Below are positions 20,561 to 27,935 of a DNA stretch of 64,000 bases, one piece after another. The DNA is from Rhodocyclaceae bacterium (GTDB taxonomy: Bacteria > Pseudomonadota > Gammaproteobacteria > Burkholderiales > Rhodocyclaceae): NCBI GenBank assembly GCA_028714035.1, contig JAQTNA010000017.1, positions 6,750-70,749 on the forward strand, given 5' to 3'. Numbering within the stretch: the first letter of the stretch is position 1; every line of letters begins with the position of its first letter. The position numbers and the translations under genes were made by a program. The notes under the pieces were generated by a model. That model was not told the origin of the DNA, made no database searches, and saw only the letters and a program-made list of their open reading frames with translations.

Positions 20561-21967
20561 CTATTGCAGCAGCATGCGCTGCAACTTCGCCGCGAGGCCC
20601 GGGGCTTCCATGACGCCCTCGGCCGTCAGCAACAGGTTCCGCAGCCAGGGTTCGAACTGCCGCTGCAATTCCACCAGGGTGCGGCATTGATCCAGGATGC
20701 CCTCCAGGGAGGCGCCAGCCTGGCCGGTGAAGCGCTGGAGACTCTGTTTCATGAAATTCCGGGCCAGGGAAACAGAGTTGCCGGGACAGCGGGGGCAGCC
20801 CGGACAGGTCGAGCGCTGAGGGCAAGCCACCGAGTCGGCGGGTTCTGCCGCGGCCAGCGTTTCCTGTTGCGCCGGTTGCGGGGCGGTGGCCGCGACGGGC
20901 AGGGTACCGGCGGACAGCTTATGCAGGCGAAGGTCGGCGCTGGCGGGAAAGGCGGCGTTGCCTACCGGGGCTTTGGGCGTGCTGATCAGACGCCGCCCGC
21001 TCATTTCCCCGGTCTGATGCGCGTCGGGTGTTGCCGACGGTCGGGCCACCTGACTCGCTTCGCCGGGGACGGGATGGGCGGGCCAGCCGGGAGGGATGGC
21101 CAGGGATGAATCGTCCCGAAGAGCCGGCTCGTGGGCCGCCGTCAAATCCACGACGGCTACCTGTGCGGCCGTGGCCGCGAGCAGGGCCTGCATGGCCTCG
21201 TCGGCCGTGGGCTTCTGGCGGGCCGGTTTCGCCGCCGCCTGGGCGATGGGGCGCCTCGCGGTCCCGGTAGCGGCGAACGAGGGTTCCGCCGCCGCAGTGA
21301 GATCAATCACCGGCTCCCGGATAACCGTGGCAGCCAGGTCCGGGGCATGGCCACGGTCCGCGGGCTTCGGCGTGGCGGCGGGTTGATGGGGCCGCCCGGT
21401 GGCTCGGCTTTCCGGTTGTGGCGTTTCGTACTCCGGCGAGGCGGTGAACAAATTCGTCAGGTGGGCGACCGTCGAGGTCAGCCAGTTGCCCGACCGCCGG
21501 TCGGTTCTCGCATCGGCCGGGGCGGTTTGAGCGGCGCGGGGGACGTTGTGCCGTGGGGGCGCGCCGGAAGGCGAAGCGCTGTGCGCCGGCGCTGGCCGCG
21601 AGGCAGGGGTCGCGGGGTGGGGGGAATGGTAGGGCGGTTGGGGGTGGGGTTGGGCGTGCGGTACGCTGCCGCCAACCAGTGGTGCCACATATCCGGCACT
21701 CGGTGCGGAGTCCTGCCGGGCCAAAGCTTGTCCGCCGAGTTTGATCGCCATGTTCGGCGCCACCTCGATGAATCCTCCGGAGAGCAGCCTGGCGGCCGTG
21801 TCCAGGCCTTCTCGTTCAAGCCCTGCCTTGCCGGCCAGAGTGTCCAGGGAACGCTTGCCGTCCACCTGTATGAGCAGGAGCCTTTCCCTGGGCGGTAGCC
21901 GGTAGGTGCGCCGCTCTATTTCCTCCAGCCCTTTATGGGTCTTCCTGAAAATCGCGTTCGTGTCCAC
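20561..21967 (-). CDS. hypothetical Pro/Ala-rich protein with structured N- and C-terminal domains and a Cys cluster
   Basis: Track ORF 20561..22072. GTG 21967 is preferred (AGGGGAG RBS 6 nt upstream; VDTNAIFRKTHKGLEEIERRTYRLPPRERLLLIQVDGKRSL). The long central region is low-complexity and P/A-rich. The C-terminal part has CPQRSTCPGCPRCPG followed by a helical tail. No family was recognised. Confidence 0.55.
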   Translation of the reverse strand: MDTNAIFRKTHKGLEEIERRTYRLPPRERLLLIQVDGKRSLDTLAGKAGLEREGLDTAARLLSGGFIEVAPNMAIKLGGQALARQDSAPSAGYVAPLVGGSVPHAQPHPQPPYHSPHPATPASRPAPAHSASPSGAPPRHNVPRAAQTAPADARTDRRSGNWLTSTVAHLTNLFTASPEYETPQPESRATGRPHQPAATPKPADRGHAPDLAATVIREPVIDLTAAAEPSFAATGTARRPIAQAAAKPARQKPTADEAMQALLAATAAQVAVVDLTAAHEPALRDDSSLAIPPGWPAHPVPGEASQVARPSATPDAHQTGEMSGRRLISTPKAPVGNAAFPASADLRLHKLSAGTLPVAATAPQPAQQETLAAAEPADSVACPQRSTCPGCPRCPGNSVSLARNFMKQSLQRFTGQAGASLEGILDQCRTLVELQRQFEPWLRNLLLTAEGVMEAPGLAAKLQRMLLQ

Positions 21968-22292
21968 ATCTTCTCCCCTCGCCAGGGTTCCGTGCGACTT
22001 TCCCCGGCGCCAAACCAAACGTTCCAGACCCCGCGTGGGGGTGTTGTGCTCTGTGGCGGCGCGTGCGATCACCTCTCTGGGTGGCTTGCCCCCTGGGCCG
22101 GGCTTTGTCAGAGTGCGACCCTGGCGCGGGGACGTCCGGGTTTATGACGCCCTGTAGCTTTAAAATGCCTATATGCTGAGAGGGCGGCTCCGGGAGCGCC
22201 ATTGTAACCAAAGTTACAGACCTGCTGTTCCAGAGCTGATTAAATGGCGTCACTTTGACAAATGGTGGCACTTTAACTCTGGGAGGTTTGAC

Positions 22293-22484
22293 ATGAAGGC
22301 GAACGAAGGTGGTGTGGATCGTGGCTTGCGCGTGGTCGCGGGTCTGGTATTGATCGCCCTGGCTGTGATGGGTACGGTGGGCGCATGGGGATACATCGGT
22401 GTGGTGCCCCTGCTGACGGGCCTGATGGGTTTCTGTCCCGCCTATACCCTCCTGGGTATCAATACCTGTGGCATGAAGAAGTAA
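22293..22484 (+). CDS. DUF2892 (YgaP-like) small membrane protein
   Basis: Track ORF 22173..22484 is trimmed to ATG 22293 with a GGGAGG RBS. MKANEGGVDRGLRVVAGLVLIALAV...GFCPAYTLLGINTC is the DUF2892 pattern. A strong terminator follows. Confidence 0.8.
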   Translation: MKANEGGVDRGLRVVAGLVLIALAVMGTVGAWGYIGVVPLLTGLMGFCPAYTLLGINTCGMKK

Positions 22485-22501
22485 GCGGCAAACTCTGCAA
22501 G

Positions 22502-22537
22502 AGCCCGGGCGGATCGCTTCCGCCCGGGCTTTTTTAT
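22502..22537 (+). terminator. rho-independent terminator
   Basis: Stem AGCCCGGGCGG / CCGCCCGGGCT with a 7-nt loop, followed by TTTTTTATT, 18 nt after the DUF2892 stop. Confidence 0.85.
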
Positions 22538-22694
22538 TCCCGGCAAGGGCGTGGTGGCGACCCGGGGCGTGCATCCGGTGCGTAGGGCATCGGCATTTAT
22601 TCCTTCGAGAAAACCCCCGGTTCTGCCGGGGGACTAACAAGCTTCGAGCTTTGCGGCAATCTGAGATGCGATCAGTAGTCGACGGCGTTGGATT

Positions 22695-22799
22695 CCCTCC
22701 CCTTGAAGGGGAGGGTTAGGGTGGGGATGGGGTAACACCGTTCGGGATTGAATACGGCAAACCCCATCTCCCTCCCAACCTCCCCCTTGAAGGGGGAGG
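22695..22799. repeat. composite palindromic element (CTCCCCTTGAAGGGGAGG family), copy 1
   Basis: Hairpin CCCTCCCCTTGAAGGGGAGGG. A long-range pair joins GGTGGGGATGGGGTA and ACCCCATCTCCCTCC. A second hairpin is CCTCCCCCTTGAAGGGGGAGG. A second copy is at 38921-39039. Confidence 0.75.
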
Positions 22800-23191
22800 C
22801 GTATGGCAGTCCCGGGTGTTATCAGCGCCCTTGAGGTGCTCACAATTTAATGCCCCCGGCTTCGCCGGGGGATACTTACTGATAAATGTCGGGAAATCTT
22901 ACAGCCAGAACACGGTGCGCCGGACTTTTGCTGGCACGAAACAAGCCCTTGGTGATTCGCTACATGAGGTGCATACGTCAATTAGATCAATGCATTGACG
23001 TATTCTGTCGGGGTGATTTTCCCACCTTTTCATGCCTGTTCGAGGAGACGAATAGCTGTCGGAAATATTTACAGTTGAGGCAAACATTGCGCATAGTCAA
23101 TAAATAAGTAATTGATTATTTGATATATGTCTAGCCTGGCATGGTAGTTGCAGTAGGGTCCGTGCATTTGCCCACTTTGAAGGAAACCGCC

Positions 23192-23827
23192 ATGATCAGG
23201 AAAACATTGTTTGCAAGCTGCCTTGTGCTGGCGGCCTTCGCCTCCAGCGCCCAGGCCAACCTTGTGTCGCTGGACGCGTCCAGCGGCTGGAAGGCGACCC
23301 TCGCCCCCGGCGAATCGGTCACCAACAACGGCTATCCGAGTCCTTCTCCCATCGGCTCCGTAGGCCTGACCTGGGAGGCCGCGAACACGGGTTGGAACAG
23401 CAGCACCAGCTATGATGCTTCGGCCTGGAGTTCCTACAGTGGTGGCTGGATTGATGCCTACGGCACCACGCCGTTTTACGCCCGCGAGGTGTTCCATATT
23501 GGTGGCACGGTGACCTCCGGTACATTCTCCTTGCAGGTGGACGACGATTCCCAGGTCTGGGTCAACGGTACCCTGGTTCCCGGCCTGGATGACCACAATA
23601 TGGGCACCTACAATCCCTACCCGAACACCGCCGACATCACCAGCTACCTGCACAGCGGCGACAACGTCATCGCCTTCAAGGCCCACAACTCGATGGGCGG
23701 TGGCTATTCCGTGTTCGTATTGTCCGGATCGGTGAGCTACGATGCGGCAGCGGTTCCGGAGCCCGCCATGCTGATGCTGTTCGGTGCCGCTTTCGCCGGC
23801 CTGGTGGCAAGCCGCCGGGGACGTTGA
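23192..23827 (+). CDS. PEP-CTERM sorting domain-containing secreted protein
   Basis: Track ORF 23141..23827 is trimmed to ATG 23192. It has a signal peptide MIRKTLFASCLVLAAFASSAQA and a C-terminal PEP-CTERM anchor VPEPAMLMLFGAAFAGLVASRRGR. Confidence 0.88.
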   Translation: MIRKTLFASCLVLAAFASSAQANLVSLDASSGWKATLAPGESVTNNGYPSPSPIGSVGLTWEAANTGWNSSTSYDASAWSSYSGGWIDAYGTTPFYAREVFHIGGTVTSGTFSLQVDDDSQVWVNGTLVPGLDDHNMGTYNPYPNTADITSYLHSGDNVIAFKAHNSMGGGYSVFVLSGSVSYDAAAVPEPAMLMLFGAAFAGLVASRRGR

Positions 23828-23882
23828 GGGCGCCGGTCAGGGAACTTTCAGGCCGGCCGATCGAGCCCGCACGGGCGGCCGG

Positions 23883-24674
23883 TCAGGCCTGGCGTGAGCT
23901 GAGCAGGTTCGCCAGGCGCACGTAGTCTTCCACCGTCACATCTTCGGCGCGGGCGGTGGGAGGAATGGCGAGGCTCTCCAGGTCCGCTTCCGTGGCCACG
24001 CCCTTCAAGGTGTTCCTCAGCATCTTGCGCCGCTGGGAGAAGGCCGATGACACCACATGGGCCAGCATCTCCTCATCCCGGGCGTTCAGGTCGGCGGCAG
24101 GCCGGGGGGCCATGCGCACGATGGCCGAGTCCACCTTGGGTGCAGGTTCGAATGACTCCGGCGGCACGGTGAATAACCTGGCCATGAAGAAGCGGTATTG
24201 CAGCATCACGGAGAGTCGGCCGTAATCGGTGCTTCCGGCGGTTGCGACCATGCGCTCCACGACTTCCTTCTGCAACATGAAATGCATGTCCCGCACCTGT
24301 TCCGCGTAGCCGGCGAGATGAAAGAGCAGCGGTGTGGAGATGTTGTAGGGCAGATTGCCGACGATGCGCAGATCGTCGCCCAGCCTGCCGAAATCCAGGC
24401 TCAGGGCATCGGCGTCGAAGATGGTGAGTTGATCCGGCTTGAAACGCTTTCTGAGCCGGGCGACGATGTCCCGGTCTATCTCCACCACTTGCAGATGCCC
24501 CAGGTTGTCCACCAGCGGCCCCGTGAGGGCGGCCAGCCCCGGGCCGATTTCCACCACCTTGTCTCCCGGACGAGGCGCGATGGCGGCGATGATGGCGGCG
24601 ATGATCCCCTGGTCCACCAGGAAATTCTGGCCGAAGCGCTTCTTGGCCTGGTGGCCCTGATGAGTCCTGGTCAT
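23883..24674 (-). CDS. rsmA: 16S rRNA (adenine1518/1519-N6)-dimethyltransferase
   Basis: 263 aa. KKRFGQNFLVDQGII and SAM motif VVEIGPGLAALT. It is the last gene of the lptD-surA-pdxA cluster. Confidence 0.95.
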   Translation of the reverse strand: MTRTHQGHQAKKRFGQNFLVDQGIIAAIIAAIAPRPGDKVVEIGPGLAALTGPLVDNLGHLQVVEIDRDIVARLRKRFKPDQLTIFDADALSLDFGRLGDDLRIVGNLPYNISTPLLFHLAGYAEQVRDMHFMLQKEVVERMVATAGSTDYGRLSVMLQYRFFMARLFTVPPESFEPAPKVDSAIVRMAPRPAADLNARDEEMLAHVVSSAFSQRRKMLRNTLKGVATEADLESLAIPPTARAEDVTVEDYVRLANLLSSRQA

Positions 24675-25549
24675 TGTCGCGCTCCCAAGGCGGTGAGCCG
24701 TTGGCGGATCAGGGGTACGGCGGCGAAGGCTGCTTTCTCCCCCTCCATGATGGCTTCGTTGCGGGAATCGAAGCTGGTGGCGGCCAGATTTCTGACATCG
24801 GGCCGAATGATCACGTCAGCGCCCGTCAGCTCGGTGCGGGCGATGGCATTGCCCATGATGGAAATGGTGTCGAGCAGCACGTCCAGGGTGCCCTGTCCCC
24901 GCCGGCCGCTGGGTCGGTCGGAGATGTCCACGGCGATCACCAGGTCGGCGCCCAGCTTCCTGGCCGCGTTCACCGGCACCGGGCTCACCAGCCCACCGTC
25001 CACGTATTCGCGGCCGCGCAGGGTCACCGGCGAGAACACGCCGGGGATGGCGGCGGAGGCGCGCACCGCCTGGCCGGTGTTGCCGAGTTCGAAGACGGTC
25101 ATCTGGCCGGTCTGGAGGTCCGTGGCGACGGCGGCAAACTTGCGGCGCAGGCCTTCCATGGGCTTGTTGCCCACCTGTTGGTTGATATAACGTTCCAGGG
25201 ATTCGCCCTTGACCCAGCCCCGATCAAACAGGCTCCAGTCCGTGACGGTGCCCTCGTCCAGTTTCAGGGCCAGCTTCTGCATGTCGTAGGGCGTGATGCC
25301 CGCCGCGTACAGGGCGCCCACGACGCTGCCGGCGCTGGTGCCGACGATGATGTCGGGCATGATGCCCTGGGACTCCAGGGCCTTGAGCACGCCGATGTGG
25401 GCAAAGCCTCTCGCCGCGCCGCCGCCCAGCGCGATGGCGATCCGGGGCTTGCGCACGAGGGGGCGGGGGTCTTCGGGCGTTTTGATGCCGGCACAGCCCG
25501 AGAGAAGTGCCAGGGAAAGTGCGAACAGGGCGAGCAGGAAACGTGTCAA
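24671..25549 (-). CDS. patatin-like phospholipase family lipoprotein (RssA-like)
   Basis: 292 aa. Lipobox LALLSGC, oxyanion motif GGGAARGFAHIGVLKAL, nucleophile elbow GTSAGS, and catalytic DGG in YVDGGLVSPVP. A 4-nt overlap is present at both ends. Confidence 0.9.
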   Translation of the reverse strand: MTRFLLALFALSLALLSGCAGIKTPEDPRPLVRKPRIAIALGGGAARGFAHIGVLKALESQGIMPDIIVGTSAGSVVGALYAAGITPYDMQKLALKLDEGTVTDWSLFDRGWVKGESLERYINQQVGNKPMEGLRRKFAAVATDLQTGQMTVFELGNTGQAVRASAAIPGVFSPVTLRGREYVDGGLVSPVPVNAARKLGADLVIAVDISDRPSGRRGQGTLDVLLDTISIMGNAIARTELTGADVIIRPDVRNLAATSFDSRNEAIMEGEKAAFAAVPLIRQRLTALGARQ

Positions 25550-26556
25550 GCAGCGCTCCGGGCGCAGATGTCCACCGCCGATTCGATGGCGGTGAACAGG
25601 CTGCCGGGGTCGGCGCGGCCGGTGCCCGCCAGATCCAGGGCGGTGCCATGGTCCACGGAAGTGCGCACGATGGGCAGGCCCAGGGTGATGTTCACGCCGC
25701 CGCCGAAACTCGCATACTTGAGGACCGCCAGGCCCTGGTCGTGATACATGGCCAGGACGCCATCGCCCCGGGCGAGCTGGGGCGGGGTGAACAAGGTGTC
25801 GGCGGGCAGCGGCCCGATCAGCTTCATGCCTTCGGCGCGCAGCTTCTCCAGCACCGGCGTGATGACCTCGATCTCCTCCCGGCCCAGGTGGCCGCCTTCT
25901 CCGGCGTGGGGGTTGAGCCCCGCCACCAGGATGCGCGGGTCCGGCAATCCGAATTTCCGGATGAAATCCCGGTGCATGATGCGCAGGGTGGTTTCCAGCT
26001 CATCGGGGGTGATGGCGTCGGCCACGTCCTTGAGGGGCAGGTGGGTGGTGGCCAGGGCCACCCGCAGCCCGCCGCCCGCCAGGAGCATGACGACCCGCTT
26101 TGTTCCCGTCTTTTCGGCCAGGTATTCCGTGTGGCCGGTGAAGGGTACGCCGGAATCGGCGATGACCCCCTTGTGTACCGGCAGCGTGACCATGGCCGCG
26201 AATTCGCCCGAGGTACAGCCGGCGAGCGCCCGATCCAGCAGGGACAGGACGTAGCGGCCGTTGGCGGTGTCGAGCCTGCCGGGCTGGGAGAGGGCGGCCA
26301 GGGGCAGATGCAGGATTTCCAGCTGGCCGGCGGGGGGCGGCGTTTCCGCCCGGTAGTCGCAGAATGGCATCGGCATACCGAGGGCGGCCGTCCGCGCCGC
26401 GATCAACTCCCGGTCGCCCAGGATCACCAGACGCGCGGGAAATTGCCGCTCCAGCAGGCGCCCGCACAATTCCGGACCGACGCCGGCGGGCTCCCCCGAG
26501 GTCAGCGCGATGACCGGCAGACCCCGACTTTTCATTCCTGGGGCCTCGCGCTTCAC
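25546..26556 (-). CDS. pdxA: 4-hydroxythreonine-4-phosphate dehydrogenase
   Basis: 336 aa. SGEPAGVGPEL, GHTEYLA and SVDHGTALDLAGTGRADPGSL. The GTG start overlaps the surA stop. Confidence 0.93.
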   Translation of the reverse strand: MKREAPGMKSRGLPVIALTSGEPAGVGPELCGRLLERQFPARLVILGDRELIAARTAALGMPMPFCDYRAETPPPAGQLEILHLPLAALSQPGRLDTANGRYVLSLLDRALAGCTSGEFAAMVTLPVHKGVIADSGVPFTGHTEYLAEKTGTKRVVMLLAGGGLRVALATTHLPLKDVADAITPDELETTLRIMHRDFIRKFGLPDPRILVAGLNPHAGEGGHLGREEIEVITPVLEKLRAEGMKLIGPLPADTLFTPPQLARGDGVLAMYHDQGLAVLKYASFGGGVNITLGLPIVRTSVDHGTALDLAGTGRADPGSLFTAIESAVDICARSAA

Positions 26557-27866
26557 TTGGACTCCAGATGGTATTCCACGTAGGTACGGTCGCGCAGCTG
26601 GCGCAGCCAGTCCTGGTAGACCTCGTCCGCCTTGCGGTCCCGGAGCACTTGCCGGGCCGCGGCGCGGCGCCGTTCCGGGGACAGGTCTTCCACCTTGCGC
26701 TCCAGGACCTGGATCAGGTGGAAGCCGAAGGGGGACTGGACCGTCTGACTGATTTCATTCGGCTTCAGGGTGTCCATGGCCCGCTGGAACTCGGGAACCG
26801 TATCACCCGGCAGCACCCAGCCGATATCGCCCCCCTTGCCGGCGGAGAGGTCGTTGGAGTTCAGGCGTGCCAGTTCGGCGAAGTCGCCGCCATGCACCAG
26901 GCGGTCCCTGAGCACTTCCAGCTTGTGCCGGGCATCGGCCTCCGAGACCAGTTCGTTGATCTTGATGAGGATATGCCGGACGTGGGTCTGCTGCACCTGT
27001 TTGGGCAGGGCGCCGGCGCCGCGGCGGTCCGCCAGACGCAGGATGTGGAAGCCGGCCGGGCTGCGCAAGATGGTACTGATTTCCCCGGCGCGCATGCGCT
27101 CCAGTGCCTGGATGAAGACCGCGGGTACCCTGTTGGCGGTGCGCCAGCCCACGGTTCCGCCGTTCAAGGCCTCGTTGCCGTCGGAGTAGGTGGCGGCGGC
27201 CTTGGCGAAGCTCATGCCGGCGGCCAGTTTTTCCATCACCATCTGCGCCTTGATAAAGGTGCGTTGCAGCTGTTCCGGTGTCGCCTGTTCCGGAGCGCGC
27301 AGCAGGATGTGCTGGATGAGGAATTCTTCGCCGTTCTGGTCGGCGCTGGTGGACAGGTAGTTGTCAATCTCGCCGTCGGAAACGGCGATGCGGTTGTCCA
27401 CTTCCCGTTCCCGCAACTGCCCGACGATCATCTCCTTGCGGATGTCTTCCCGAAAGGCGGTCCAGTTCAGGCCATCTTTCTCCAGGGCCGCCCGGAGCTG
27501 GGGCACGTTCAGGTGGTTGGATTCGGCAATGCGCTGGAGTCCGGCATCCAGTTGCGGGTCGTCTATGTTGAGCCCGTTGTCCTTGGCCAACTGCATCTGA
27601 GCCCGTTCGATGATGAGCCGTTCCAGCACCTGCTTGTTCAGGGCCTCCGTGTCGGGGAGGTCCGTTCCCTGCTGTTTCAGTTGCCTGATGACCGTATTCA
27701 CCCGGGCCTGGAGTTCCCGGGCCGTGATCGCCTCGTAATTGACCACGGCGACGATGCGGTCTGCCTCGATGGCCTGGAGAGCCGCGTGGGCGCGTGCCGC
27801 CAGGGTCAGCGGCAGGGTCAGGGTCAGGCAGGCCAGCAATAGCCGCAATCCACGACGAAACTTCAT
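26553..27866 (-). CDS. surA: periplasmic chaperone / peptidyl-prolyl isomerase SurA
   Basis: 437 aa. Signal peptide, then a SurA N-domain (DRIVAVVNYEAITAREL), then two parvulin domains (HILL..., FHILRL; HILIK..., GFHLIQVLE). Confidence 0.93.
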   Translation of the reverse strand: MKFRRGLRLLLACLTLTLPLTLAARAHAALQAIEADRIVAVVNYEAITARELQARVNTVIRQLKQQGTDLPDTEALNKQVLERLIIERAQMQLAKDNGLNIDDPQLDAGLQRIAESNHLNVPQLRAALEKDGLNWTAFREDIRKEMIVGQLREREVDNRIAVSDGEIDNYLSTSADQNGEEFLIQHILLRAPEQATPEQLQRTFIKAQMVMEKLAAGMSFAKAAATYSDGNEALNGGTVGWRTANRVPAVFIQALERMRAGEISTILRSPAGFHILRLADRRGAGALPKQVQQTHVRHILIKINELVSEADARHKLEVLRDRLVHGGDFAELARLNSNDLSAGKGGDIGWVLPGDTVPEFQRAMDTLKPNEISQTVQSPFGFHLIQVLERKVEDLSPERRRAAARQVLRDRKADEVYQDWLRQLRDRTYVEYHLESK

Positions 27867-27935
27867 GTCTTGTCCTCGAAAATTATTGGGTCGGGAACCG
27901 GTGCGCCAAAGGCGCCATAGTCGGTTCGCTCGAGT

